DNA of 64,000 bases from positions 203,518 to 267,517 of the forward strand of contig DISV01000005.1 of NCBI GenBank assembly GCA_002422025.1, read 5' to 3'. This document shows, piece by piece, positions 27,865 through 37,597 of the stretch (positions within the stretch are counted from its first letter, which is position 1; every line of letters starts with the position of its first letter). Origin of the DNA: Patescibacteria group bacterium UBA6201. GTDB lineage: Bacteria > Patescibacteriota > Minisyncoccia > Phycocordibacterales > UBA918. The translations under genes and the position numbers were made by a program. The notes below the pieces were generated by a model. It made no database searches, had not been told where the DNA came from, and saw nothing but the letters and a program-made list of their open reading frames with translations.

Positions 27865-28581
27865 TTAGAATTGATTAACTACACGTAAATCGCCAGTATA
27901 GAAAAGACGTACGTCATCAACACCATACTTCATCATCGCGAGACGGTCCATTCCCATTCCAAAAGCAAAACCTTGATAGACTTCTGGATCAATTCCAGCA
28001 TTGCGAAGGACATTTGGATGAACCATTCCTGCACCCATAATCTCAATCCATCGCCCCTTAAGTTTTTCTGGTGCATCATCACCCGTAAGGCGCATATCTA
28101 CTTCTACACCAGGTTCGACGAATGGAAAGAAGCTAGGACGAAGACGTACTTCGGTACTACCACCAAAGAAATGTGAAAAAAAGAATTCTAAAGTACCCTT
28201 AAGATGAGCAAGTGATACCCCCTTATCTACCATTAGTCCTTCAAGTTGGTAAAATTGCGCCTCATGAGTGGCATCTGTCGCTTCATTGCGAAAGACCTTA
28301 CCAGGCACAATAATACGGATTGGTGGTTCGTGTGACTCCATGTAGCGCACTTGTACTGGAGAGGTGTGGGTACGCAAGACATGATCGGGCTTTCCCTCAA
28401 TATAAAAAGTGTCCTGCATGTCACGTGATGGGTGATCTTTTGGGACATTAAGTAAATCAAAATTATAATGTGTCTCCTCCATTTCTGGTCCTTCAGCAAA
28501 CACGAATCCAAGTTCAGAAAAAATACTGTTTACTTCAGTAATTATGTGCGACAAGGGATGTTTATGACCTTTCTGTTCCAT
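27865..28581 (-). CDS. pheS: phenylalanyl-tRNA synthetase alpha subunit (short form)
   Basis: Class II motifs FRNEATDATHEAQFYQLEG and FFPFVEPGVEVD, and GMGMDRLAM. Confidence 0.85.
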   Translation of the reverse strand: MEQKGHKHPLSHIITEVNSIFSELGFVFAEGPEMEETHYNFDLLNVPKDHPSRDMQDTFYIEGKPDHVLRTHTSPVQVRYMESHEPPIRIIVPGKVFRNEATDATHEAQFYQLEGLMVDKGVSLAHLKGTLEFFFSHFFGGSTEVRLRPSFFPFVEPGVEVDMRLTGDDAPEKLKGRWIEIMGAGMVHPNVLRNAGIDPEVYQGFAFGMGMDRLAMMKYGVDDVRLFYTGDLRVVNQF

Positions 28582-28792
28582 AAAATTTTATACCATCTTC
28601 AAAATCAATGCTTGGACATTAACATATTTCTTAATTTCGTGCGAAAAATAAACTGAAGCTTGGGTCATATCTAAATATGGTGAAGGCGAAGTAAAGTTCC
28701 ACGGCGACATTGTTTGATTCATCAAACAAGAAGTGCCTTGTGGTGCCAAACATTAGGAATGTGAGTTCATTGGTTAATTGTAGAGGGTAATA

Positions 28793-29929
28793 CTATAACC
28801 AATTCTGGCTAATCTGTATCTGGTATATATACTCCCCATCATAGACGTAAATACCACCATTGTATACTCGTACTTCCAAGTTTTGACCCAACAGGAGTGA
28901 TTGGCGGTTCTGCCAACCGCGGTCATCGATTTCGACCACATAGATACCACTTTCACTTCCAAGTATTACAAGATCAGTACTGTTTGGGAAGAAGTCGAAG
29001 TAATCAACTTCCTTGCCTCCTCGGTCCATCAAAATGGTAGGATCGCAACTATCTGGATCAGTCACGGTTTGTACCTCAAGTAGCAAATCGTCTTCCGCAC
29101 CCATTGCTTGGGCTACGTTTACCACACTAGCTGTAGAACGAGTACTAGTAGCTGATGGTTCATAATGTGGGAAAGGAGCAGCGCAGTAGTAGTAAGGCAT
29201 ATTGTTTGCCGCTCCAACGAAACGTGCGTAGATTTCACCCTCTTCTTCAAATAACATTACTCCTTGCCACTCCTTCGTAGTGGTTGCAGTGGGTTCACTT
29301 GAAGTTGCGGTAGTAAAGGTGGTTTGTACTCTCTCCACTAGGCCAGGAGTACCTGCTTCAATTGATTTAGGAGTGGAGGTAAATAGTTCTAATAAATTCG
29401 CAAATTCTGGATTGGCCTGCATAGTTTTTGAGTTGGCTCGTGGTTCCAGAAGATACTGGTTAACAAACTCTACTTTACCCTGCAAGGTAGAGCTCGAAGT
29501 TACGACATTAACTCCCGCTTGTGTACGCCATGGGGTGATGATAGCAACTTCTGGTACTAGCGGTAGGTTAAAAGCCTGAGCTTCGGTGACTAAGTGTGAG
29601 TAGACGGGTAATTCCTTGACCCAAGTATGGTGTCCCTCTTTAGTTACATGAACTTTATGAGTTCCCTCGGGAAATCCTTGCGCATAAAAAGCCCTTCTAA
29701 AAACACGAGTTTCTCTTACTAACTCATCGTTGATAAATATTTGGGCACCAGTGCGTTCGGCGGCTATATATAGTCCGCCAGTACTAACTAGGCCAGTTTT
29801 CCCAAACTCAAAACGGTATCCATTAGCATAAAGGAAGAGAAAAGGAAGAGCAGCTACGAAAATTCCGGTCAGTAAATAAAAAAACAGGTAGCGATGTCGA
29901 TATGAAAGGGGTTTGACGTGTGGAGTCAT
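28793..29929 (-). CDS. membrane-anchored PEGA-domain protein
   Basis: N-terminal TM plus a PEGA-like motif FPEGTHKVHVTKEGHHTWVKELPV. Confidence 0.5.
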   Translation of the reverse strand: MTPHVKPLSYRHRYLFFYLLTGIFVAALPFLFLYANGYRFEFGKTGLVSTGGLYIAAERTGAQIFINDELVRETRVFRRAFYAQGFPEGTHKVHVTKEGHHTWVKELPVYSHLVTEAQAFNLPLVPEVAIITPWRTQAGVNVVTSSSTLQGKVEFVNQYLLEPRANSKTMQANPEFANLLELFTSTPKSIEAGTPGLVERVQTTFTTATSSEPTATTTKEWQGVMLFEEEGEIYARFVGAANNMPYYYCAAPFPHYEPSATSTRSTASVVNVAQAMGAEDDLLLEVQTVTDPDSCDPTILMDRGGKEVDYFDFFPNSTDLVILGSESGIYVVEIDDRGWQNRQSLLLGQNLEVRVYNGGIYVYDGEYIYQIQISQNWL

Positions 29930-30035
29930 AATTTTAGGTTCAAGGTTCTAGGTATCAGTTTCTAGGAAGTATGTGTTTAGTATATGGGGACAATGGAAGA
30001 TGATAAGGGCGTAGCCTTATAATAATCTCTATATT

Positions 30036-31598
30036 CTAACCAAAGTCGCTTCGCGACTTTGGTGTTACCCAAAAGCCCATATAGCGTCCGAACATCAGTC
30101 TGGTCTGGGCATCTAGTCCAGGTAATGAACTAAACACAATCATTGTTATTGGCACTAGTATCCACTGCAAGGCCATTACTACGTAAGCAAATCGGGATCG
30201 ACCTTCAGGACGCTTTGGAATTAGTGATAGTGATATTACGGCAGATATAACCAGACCAAACATGGCCAAAATCAAAAGGTTTCTAACTACAATGGGCAAG
30301 TTATATGATAACACTGTTTCGTGAAAGACTCGACCACCGAGGAAGATTGGAGCCCAACCAAGTATAAAGAGCATAATCGGGTTGGTAACTAGCGACCAAT
30401 ATCCCTCAGCTTGCTGGAGAGTAATTTTTATTCTCCTACCCAGCGGGATATTCTTGTTTTTAGTGAAGTGATAGACAATATATACGAAGTTTTCTACTCC
30501 GTATGTCCAACGACGGTGTTGCATGTAGATATTCTTGATTGTGCCGTAAAGGGTTGGCGCGGTATTGGCATCCATTGAAACTGGATAAGACAAAGGAATA
30601 ACCTCGTATTCCCCATCGTTTGCCAACATCAGATTCCAGTAAATTCGTGAATCTTCACTTACCATATTTCGCTGCCAGTAGCCCACCTCATAAAGTGCTT
30701 GAAAAGGTACTGAATGAGAAGAAAAAGTGGCCATTCTTTCTGGTCGTTCCTGTTGAACCATTTCCCAAAAAGTACTGGACATTGCTACTACTCTCGACAA
30801 TGAACTGGCACGCCAGAGATTGTTATTGAAAAGTGGTACTGGTTGGAAAGAACTTTTAAGAGGGCGCTCTGCCGTCATAAAATGCCAGATTAAACAATTG
30901 AAGTAATCTGGGTAGAGAACCGTATCAATATCAAAGTTTGATACCAAGACGTGTGTGTAAGGGATTTTCTTCGTGTCTAATATGAGTTTTCTAGCTTGTT
31001 CGACGGCGTAAGTAACGTTCGAGCCTTTGCCTGCCATTTCTCCAGGCACATTGGCTGGATGAATCGTTACGATAAAATCGCCAAATTCACTACCGTACTT
31101 TTCCTTTAATGTCTCTGCGGTTCTTTGTGCTTCGACACCAGCTCGTTCTTCGGCCGCTAAAATAACGCTTATTTTCTTCTTGTCATAGTGCACTTTCGAT
31201 AAGGAAACTATCGTTGCCTCAGCTACCTCGATTGGTTCTTTGTAGAAAGGAAGTACTACAATGTGGTGCATGTGGTCATATTCAAAACGCTCCAACATCT
31301 CTGACCAGTTCAGGGACATGTGGTGGCGTAGTCGTCTCCAGTTGTGACGAAGGTGATAGGAAAGAAATGCGGTCTTTAGTACCCAATAAATTGCGAAGGC
31401 GATGATGAAATAAGCAGCCAAAAATGGCGCATAAAAGGAAGCCAACACTACCCCAATTAAAGTGGCCCATGAAGCCAGTCCAGGTATTATTTCAAGAAGC
31501 CGGTAGAGTGCCCAGTTCTTACCTGTGAGTTCAGTAGCACGACCCACATGAAAGTCAGGTCTTTTAGCGTACGGTAGTAGATGTCCTTCTGTAGCCAT
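30036..31598 (-). CDS. integral-membrane family-2 glycosyltransferase (processive beta-glycan synthase-like)
   Basis: Multiple TM segments flank a GT-A domain. QHRRW motif (QxxRW) at the C-terminal side. Confidence 0.6.
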   Translation of the reverse strand: MATEGHLLPYAKRPDFHVGRATELTGKNWALYRLLEIIPGLASWATLIGVVLASFYAPFLAAYFIIAFAIYWVLKTAFLSYHLRHNWRRLRHHMSLNWSEMLERFEYDHMHHIVVLPFYKEPIEVAEATIVSLSKVHYDKKKISVILAAEERAGVEAQRTAETLKEKYGSEFGDFIVTIHPANVPGEMAGKGSNVTYAVEQARKLILDTKKIPYTHVLVSNFDIDTVLYPDYFNCLIWHFMTAERPLKSSFQPVPLFNNNLWRASSLSRVVAMSSTFWEMVQQERPERMATFSSHSVPFQALYEVGYWQRNMVSEDSRIYWNLMLANDGEYEVIPLSYPVSMDANTAPTLYGTIKNIYMQHRRWTYGVENFVYIVYHFTKNKNIPLGRRIKITLQQAEGYWSLVTNPIMLFILGWAPIFLGGRVFHETVLSYNLPIVVRNLLILAMFGLVISAVISLSLIPKRPEGRSRFAYVVMALQWILVPITMIVFSSLPGLDAQTRLMFGRYMGFWVTPKSRSDFG

Positions 31599-31678
31599 AA
31601 TTTCAATGCCACTATACCCCTTAGTTATAGCTATTGCAAAGCAAAAACTTTTCTGGGTTGCAAAATAATAAGTAACCT

Positions 31679-31711
31679 GAGCCGGCTGTCAGGCTTCCGC
31701 TGACGACCTAC
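31679..31711 (-). repeat. 33-bp partial duplicate of the tRNA-Thr 3' half (T-arm plus acceptor 3' strand), with altered T-loop
   Basis: gagccggctgtcaggcttccgctgacgacctac compared with gagagccggctgtcaggcttgaactgacgacctac of the tRNA gene 115 bp away. Confidence 0.6.
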
Positions 31712-31826
31712 TTTGTCAAACGAGTAGTCATATGGAAGCTTGCTTACATATGAGCTACGAGTGCAGACAAAGAAAGCTATGCTTACGGTTTACATCCATA
31801 TGATATCCGTATCATAAAAATGTGAG

Positions 31827-31899
31827 AGCCGGCTGTCAGGCTTGAACTGACGACCTACGGTTTACAAAACCGTTGCTCTACCAACTGAGCTAAGCCGGC
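31827..31899 (-). tRNA. tRNA-Thr (anticodon UGU); CCA not encoded
   Basis: GCCGGCT-TA-GCTC-AGTTGGTA-GAGC-A-ACGGT-TTTGTAA-ACCGT-AGGTC-GTCAG-TTCAAGC-CTGAC-AGCCGGC-T folds as a canonical cloverleaf. Palindromic TTGTATTATAATACAA with -10 TATAAT upstream. Confidence 0.85.
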
Positions 31900-32042
31900 T
31901 CTCACATTTTTATGACCGAATGAACGATGGTTGTATTATAATACAAAACTTTGCAACACTCTCTTGGAGTGTTGCAACTCCACAGCTGTTCTATCTTAAC
32001 TCATCTACAAGTATAGGATATTAGTACAGTTTGTTAAATTTT

Positions 32043-32465
32043 TCAATCGTTCATTGAACGTTCTTTTAGGCCCTCCTTCTCCTTCTCAGATAATGCTGTC
32101 GATTTTTTGTGCATAGCGATATGGTGAAGGTGATTATCTCTATCACTACCTACTACTACCTTAGCAATATTTTTGTTTTTTCTACGCAAATCGTGAAGCT
32201 TATTTTCAATAAAGCTGATTACAAAAAGCGTGGCACCGAGCCCTTGATGTAAAAGATAGTGTAAGAATAACCTAAAAGAAGAAGCACCAAAATACTTCTT
32301 CCAAAGGGCCCAACTGTTTCCCCTTTTAGATATCTGTTGGTCTAAATAGTGTCGGAAAGTGCTAAGAAAAATTCGTCTCCCTTTCGCTGCCTCAGCCTTA
32401 AAGACAATAAAAAGTATGAGTGACAAGACACCGCTTACTGCCATTATGTAAAACGAGATTAGCAT
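32043..32465 (-). CDS. hypothetical membrane protein (140 aa)
   Basis: Two hydrophobic segments. No motif. Confidence 0.4.
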   Translation of the reverse strand: MLISFYIMAVSGVLSLILFIVFKAEAAKGRRIFLSTFRHYLDQQISKRGNSWALWKKYFGASSFRLFLHYLLHQGLGATLFVISFIENKLHDLRRKNKNIAKVVVGSDRDNHLHHIAMHKKSTALSEKEKEGLKERSMND

Positions 32466-32512
32466 AGGGGGAGTATAGCACGAAGGGTTTGTGCGAGGCT
32501 TTCTGGAGAGAC

Positions 32513-33097
32513 TTACTTAACCGATACTCTCTTGAACTCGACGATAGAAACCTTTTCTCCAAATTTTTGAATTGCTCCGTTAACCATTTCACCGATTGTA
32601 GTATCAGGATTCTTGATGAAAGGTTGTTCAAGTAGAATTTGTTCCTTAAAGTAGTTGTTCAACTTCCCTTCCATTATTTTCTCATGCATTTCTACAGGCT
32701 TGTCCTTGATGTCTTCAGCAAAAACTTCTTTTGCCTTGGTCATTGCTTCCTCGCTTACTTCTTCTCTTGAGAGAAATTTTGGATTAAGAGCAGCAACATG
32801 CATCGCTATATCCTTTGCCAAGGCAGTAAATTCTTCGTTCTTAGAGACGAAATCAGTTTCGGATGCAAGAAGCACCATAGCAGCGACTTCATTGGTGTTA
32901 TGAACATAAACTCCAACTGTTCCAGCACCTAAGGTGCGGTCTGACTTTTTATCAGCAGCTTCCTTTCGCTTTTGTTTTAAGATTATCAAAGCTTTTTCCT
33001 TGTCACCACCAGCTTCTTCTAAGGCTTTTTTACACTGCATTACAGAAATACCTGTCTGATCTCGCAATTCCTTGATAACTGATGAGTTTATTTCCAT
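32513..33097 (-). CDS. tsf: elongation factor Ts (short form)
   Basis: ELRDQTGISVMQCKKALEEAGGDKEKAL UBA-like N-terminus. Follows rpsB. Confidence 0.85.
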   Translation of the reverse strand: MEINSSVIKELRDQTGISVMQCKKALEEAGGDKEKALIILKQKRKEAADKKSDRTLGAGTVGVYVHNTNEVAAMVLLASETDFVSKNEEFTALAKDIAMHVAALNPKFLSREEVSEEAMTKAKEVFAEDIKDKPVEMHEKIMEGKLNNYFKEQILLEQPFIKNPDTTIGEMVNGAIQKFGEKVSIVEFKRVSVK

Positions 33098-33156
33098 AGA
33101 AAAAATGATTATAAGTTAGTAACAAAATTCGGTCAGAGATGTACGCTAGGCACACA

Positions 33157-33909
33157 CTACTGTGCAAGTGTACGACGAGGACGTGTGGTGTCAGTCTTAG
33201 CTGGAGTAAAGCTAGCCTTACCTTCCTTGTAAGAGTCTACTAGCTCATCAAGCACCAAAGAAACGCTGGTACGCAAAGTATCGTTAACTACGATTGGGTA
33301 ATTAATCTCTTTAACATTACTGTCAGAGCTCATGATACCGATGATCGGAATGTTCTTTTCAATAGCCTCAGCCACTGCCAATTTATCGTAACGTGGGTCA
33401 ACAATGACAAGCATGTCTGGATTCTTCTCAATCGCTCGAATACCACCGAAGTTGTGGGAGAGTTTTTCTAGCTCACGATTAAGTACTACACGCTCTTTCT
33501 TGGTGTACTTACGTTCCATCTCGCCACTTTCACCCATACCGATAAGTTCGAACAAACGTGACACTCGCTTTCTGATTTCAGTCCAGTTAGTAATCATTCC
33601 ACCCACCCATCGGTTTACAACGTAAGGAGCTTCGATTGATTCTGCTCGTGTCTTCACAAGTTTTGCAACTTCTTCTTTAGTACCGACGAATACTACTACC
33701 TTACCGTTACTAGCCATTTGCTTAATGGCCTCTTTTGCATTATTTAGGAGAGTAGCTGATTGCTCAAGATCAAAGATATCGTTACCTTCTTTTGCACCAA
33801 ATAGGTAAGGCTTCATTGAAGGATGACGTCGGCTTTTTTTGAAACCAAAATGAGCCCCAGCTGCGAATAAGCGGTCGATTAAATTTTGGTCGTTAGAAAT
33901 GATTGACAT
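33157..33909 (-). CDS. rpsB: 30S ribosomal protein S2
   Basis: LFAAGAHFGFKKSRRHPSMKPYLFGAKEGNDIFDL. Confidence 0.9.
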   Translation of the reverse strand: MSIISNDQNLIDRLFAAGAHFGFKKSRRHPSMKPYLFGAKEGNDIFDLEQSATLLNNAKEAIKQMASNGKVVVFVGTKEEVAKLVKTRAESIEAPYVVNRWVGGMITNWTEIRKRVSRLFELIGMGESGEMERKYTKKERVVLNRELEKLSHNFGGIRAIEKNPDMLVIVDPRYDKLAVAEAIEKNIPIIGIMSSDSNVKEINYPIVVNDTLRTSVSLVLDELVDSYKEGKASFTPAKTDTTRPRRTLAQ

Positions 33910-33948
33910 ATTTCAGAGTAAAGTTCGCCGATATTAACACGATATGCC

Positions 33949-34929
33949 TTAATCTGCAACCTGCTTACCTTCACTAGCATTCTTCATAGCTTCAATGATG
34001 ATATCTAGCTTTCCAGCCATTATTTCCTCCAGGTTATGCCAAGATTCCTTAATTCGGTGGTCAGTAACGCGACTTTGAGGGAAGTTATAAGTACGAATCT
34101 TTTCGCTACGATCCCCTGTTCCAATCTGGTTCTTGCGCACCTCAGCGTGCTTTCTTGCCTCCTCCTCCTCGTGAAGCATCTCTAATTTTGCCACTAGTAA
34201 AGTCATTGCTTTCTCTCGATTCTTAAGTTGAGAACGCTCTGATTGTGACCTCACATCTATCCCTGTTGGCTTATGAATTAGTCGTACGGCCGACTCAACT
34301 TTGTTAACGTTCTGTCCTCCAGCTCCTCCAGCTCTTGAATACTCCATATCAATATCAGACTGGTTGATTTCCAGAAGTGGTTTGTGGCGAAGTGGTAGAA
34401 CTGCCACAGAACAAGTCGAAGTATGGATTCGTCCAGCCTTCTCAGTTACTGGAATCCTTTGTACACGGTGTACGCCAGTCTCATGTCTAAATGCTTCGTA
34501 AGCTGCCGGACTCAAGATTTCAAAAGACGCCTCCTTATACCCACCAGACGTAGCCTTGGACTCATGGTTTACACTCTTGCTCCAACCTTGTGTTTCAGCA
34601 TAAGTTAAATAAGCATTAGCCAATTCCTCCGCAAAAAGTGCCGCCTCGTCGCCACCTGCTCCGGCACGTACTTCTAAGACTAGACCATAGGGCTTCTCAT
34701 CTTCCTCTTTGCCGGACTCGATTATACGTTCCATCTCATCAAATTGATTTTGGAGGGTTTGTTTGAGCTCTGTAATCTCTGCTTTGGCCAACTCGGCCAT
34801 TTCTGGATCGGTCGCAGCCAACTCCTCAGCTTCTCGAAGTTTATCTAGATACGAGTCAAACTGTGTACTTAAAAATTGAGTACGTTGGTTTTCTCGAAAT
34901 TTATTTAATTTATTTGCGTCGAATTCCAT
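33949..34929 (-). CDS. prfA: peptide chain release factor 1 (short form)
   Basis: GGQ motif [18 protein letters not shown]. The RF1-type PVT tripeptide in [17 protein letters not shown]. Confidence 0.8.
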   Translation of the reverse strand: MEFDANKLNKFRENQRTQFLSTQFDSYLDKLREAEELAATDPEMAELAKAEITELKQTLQNQFDEMERIIESGKEEDEKPYGLVLEVRAGAGGDEAALFAEELANAYLTYAETQGWSKSVNHESKATSGGYKEASFEILSPAAYEAFRHETGVHRVQRIPVTEKAGRIHTSTCSVAVLPLRHKPLLEINQSDIDMEYSRAGGAGGQNVNKVESAVRLIHKPTGIDVRSQSERSQLKNREKAMTLLVAKLEMLHEEEEARKHAEVRKNQIGTGDRSEKIRTYNFPQSRVTDHRIKESWHNLEEIMAGKLDIIIEAMKNASEGKQVAD

Positions 34930-34987
34930 ATGTCAGGACATATTACCCTATTAAAGGCTCCGCACAAGAACCTAAGCGCCTCTCAAA

Positions 34988-35033
34988 ATAAAACAGGTTT
35001 GGTTATCATTGATGATAACCAAACCTGTTTTAC
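34988..35033. terminator. long perfect hairpin aaaacaggtttggttatcat...atgataaccaaacctgtttt
   Basis: ~20-bp stem downstream of rpmE. Confidence 0.6.
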
Positions 35034-35054
35034 ACACGTCAGGCTCAAAAATTC

Positions 35055-35324
35055 TTATTTACCTTTCTTTCCAGCCTTTGCAGCTCGTGCCTTAAACTTT
35101 TCTAGACGTCCAGCAGTGTCCATAACTTTCTCTTGTCCAGTATAGAAAGGGTGAGAGGCGCTAGATACGTCAACACGTACCAAAGGATACTCTTTGCCAT
35201 CAGTCCACTTATCTGTTTCAGTACCTTCAATGTTGATGGTAGAACCTAGTAAAAAGCGCTCGCCGTTAGAGTTGTCGACGAAGATGACTGGTCGGTAGTT
35301 TTCTGGGTGGATTTCCTTTTTCAT
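35055..35324 (-). CDS. rpmE: 50S ribosomal protein L31 (type B, no CxxC)
   Basis: [17 protein letters not shown]...HPFYTGQEK. Confidence 0.85.
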   Translation of the reverse strand: MKKEIHPENYRPVIFVDNSNGERFLLGSTINIEGTETDKWTDGKEYPLVRVDVSSASHPFYTGQEKVMDTAGRLEKFKARAAKAGKKGK

Positions 35325-35408
35325 ATAAGTGGAAGAACTATAGCAAATAATTTCAAAAAATCAACTAGGTCTAAAACTATCCAATTTTCTAGGGCGGTCA
35401 GAAAAGAC

Positions 35409-36812
35409 CTACCCAGCATCAAGTGTGCGAATCTCGGCCTCCAAACGAGCCTTCTTTTGCATTACCTGGTCCCCGTAAAAGTGGTTTCTTGGATTGTTAA
35501 TACCATTCCATCCAGAATAGTAACGTATTGCTGCTGTCCATTCAGCATCATAGCCACCGGCTGCAGCACCATTGTCCCTCATTAAGAGTGAAGTCGCCAA
35601 GAAGGCATCTTGGTTTCTAAATGGATTCGATGGGGCGTCAATTCCTAGTAGTTGTCGAATGGAGTCTTGAGATGAGTTGTAAACATAAACATCATTTCCA
35701 GTATTAACATACCCTCCGTAGAGTGCCCAAGTGGACGGGATGAACTGAGAAGGTCCCATTGCTCCACCCCAACCGTATGAAAAAGGACAGGATACTTTTT
35801 GAGTATTAATATCAAACCCTAAAACATCAGCCATAACGGTGAAGACTGGAACACTACCAGGACCCATGGCTGTTCGACCATTGGCAATCTGGTTATAGGT
35901 ACATTGACCAATATTGGAGCCAAATTCAGATTCTTGCTCCAATATAGCTAAAATAAATGATGGAGAAACGCCAGTTTTGGCGCCTGCGAACTTTGCTAAT
36001 TGGACTGCCTCAGTGAAAGGGATGCGTCCACCGCCACCGGCAAGATCGAATAAAGCCGCTCTAAGCTGGGAGGCAGTTCTTTGTGATTGTGCCAGGTGCT
36101 CTTGATAAACCGCCTCCTGCCCCTTTGTTACTTCTAGTATCGTGCTCTTCTCTGCCTCTTTTTGTTCTATTGTAGCTTTCTGCGCCTCTTGTAACTGTCT
36201 TTGGCGGGCCTCTTCTAGTTGTTTCTCCTCCAAAGCTGTCATTTGATCTTCCGTGTCTCGTTTTATTTCGGCCAACACTTGTACGGATTCGCGGAGTGAA
36301 TTGTTTATAGTACGGTAGTCCTCAAAGTCAGCGAAAAACTCAGAAAAATTGCGATTAGCAAGCATTAATTCAGCGAGGGAGTTGTCATCAATTTCTTGGG
36401 TTTTTCTGATTAAGGAACTGATGGACTGCTTTTGCTTTTCGGAACGCTCATCCAGTACGGAGACTACAGCCACTTTGTCACCAATTTGGTCATTTAGTTG
36501 GCGGATAGCGAGAGACCTAGCCTGAATACCGAGTTGTGATTTCTTTATTTCTGCTTCAAGGAGACCGACGTCACGCTCCAATGACTGTCTCTCGGCCTGT
36601 TTTAGCTCCACTAATCTTTGTTGCGCGAGAATTTGTTGATCTATTTGACTGAGCAAGGCCTTACAAGCAGTCTTGTCTGACTCGCTAGCAGTAGCACCAC
36701 TTATTTGTGAACAGTATTCCACTGACACGGCTGACAACGCGTTCTCGGGTGCGCCAAAAGTCACCAGAAAACAAAATACTAAAAACAGAATTCCCTTCTT
36801 CATTCCGTACAT
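35409..36812 (-). CDS. secreted coiled-coil protein with C-terminal lytic transglycosylase-like (SLT/lysozyme-fold) domain
   Basis: Signal peptide, ~200 aa coiled coil, ILEQESEFG ... GAMGPSQFIPSTW resembling the SLT ES...GLMQxMPxT motifs. Confidence 0.5.
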   Translation of the reverse strand: MYGMKKGILFLVFCFLVTFGAPENALSAVSVEYCSQISGATASESDKTACKALLSQIDQQILAQQRLVELKQAERQSLERDVGLLEAEIKKSQLGIQARSLAIRQLNDQIGDKVAVVSVLDERSEKQKQSISSLIRKTQEIDDNSLAELMLANRNFSEFFADFEDYRTINNSLRESVQVLAEIKRDTEDQMTALEEKQLEEARQRQLQEAQKATIEQKEAEKSTILEVTKGQEAVYQEHLAQSQRTASQLRAALFDLAGGGGRIPFTEAVQLAKFAGAKTGVSPSFILAILEQESEFGSNIGQCTYNQIANGRTAMGPGSVPVFTVMADVLGFDINTQKVSCPFSYGWGGAMGPSQFIPSTWALYGGYVNTGNDVYVYNSSQDSIRQLLGIDAPSNPFRNQDAFLATSLLMRDNGAAAGGYDAEWTAAIRYYSGWNGINNPRNHFYGDQVMQKKARLEAEIRTLDAG

Positions 36813-36820
36813 TATAACAA

Positions 36821-36853
36821 CAAAGCGCGGGCACTAAAAGTGTCCGCGCTTTG
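36821..36853 (-). terminator. hairpin caaagcgcgggcac-taaaa-gtgtccgcgctttg
   Basis: Downstream of rplY on the minus strand with a T-rich tail. Confidence 0.55.
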
Positions 36854-36876
36854 TATGTGGTATTGTCTTAATAAAA

Positions 36877-37515
36877 TTATTTATCAGATCCCTCTTCTGC
36901 AGCTTCCTTACCCTTTTGTTCTACTTCGATAGCACCCATATCGAGAGCGGCTGGTTCCTCAACTTCTTCCTTAGCCTCAGCTACAAATGCTACAGTCTCT
37001 TCTTCATCATTCTCAATTTTCACACCTGTTGGGACATTGAGGTCCTTTACGAGAATTGAATCTTCAAAAGTATGTAGAGAGCTTACATCAACCACAATTT
37101 CATGTGGAAGGTTGGCAGGCTTACAAGTCACTTCAACTTCATGAAGGGCCTTAGTAAGTGATCCGCCAAGTTTGATAGCTGGTGCTTCACCGGTAAACTC
37201 TAGTGGTATGTTAACAGTAACCTCCTTCCCTTTCTCAATAGCGTAAAAGTCAACATGCTCAATTAATCCCTTTACTGGGCTATAGGCCACTTCTTGCACA
37301 AGTACCTCAGAGTCTTCACCGACGCCAGTAAGTACTAATACACTGGATTCTCCAGCTTCGTGAAAGACTTTTTCAAATTCCTTAGCGTCAAGCATTATGG
37401 TCATGGCCTCATGCTTTGGTCCGTAGACTACGGCTGGAAGCTTACCACTCGCCCGAAGAGCTTGCAGCTTTTTACCCTTCTCAGTACGTTCGCTCGCCTT
37501 CAATGTAAATGTCAT
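36877..37515 (-). CDS. rplY: 50S ribosomal protein L25 / general stress protein Ctc with acidic C-terminal tail
   Basis: LKASERTEKGKKLQALRASGKLPAVVYG. Confidence 0.85.
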   Translation of the reverse strand: MTFTLKASERTEKGKKLQALRASGKLPAVVYGPKHEAMTIMLDAKEFEKVFHEAGESSVLVLTGVGEDSEVLVQEVAYSPVKGLIEHVDFYAIEKGKEVTVNIPLEFTGEAPAIKLGGSLTKALHEVEVTCKPANLPHEIVVDVSSLHTFEDSILVKDLNVPTGVKIENDEEETVAFVAEAKEEVEEPAALDMGAIEVEQKGKEAAEEGSDK

Positions 37516-37597
37516 GGTGGAGCAATACTACCATACAATAAGTCTTTTTCAACAGTTGGACCTATTAAAACTACTCGGTGGCGGTTACACTATAAAT

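Noticed and set aside
31679-31760. A second complete tRNA gene next to tRNA-Thr
   Set aside because: Only the T-arm and acceptor 3' strand are present. No D-arm or anticodon arm can be folded and the T-loop is non-canonical. The segment is treated as a duplication remnant.
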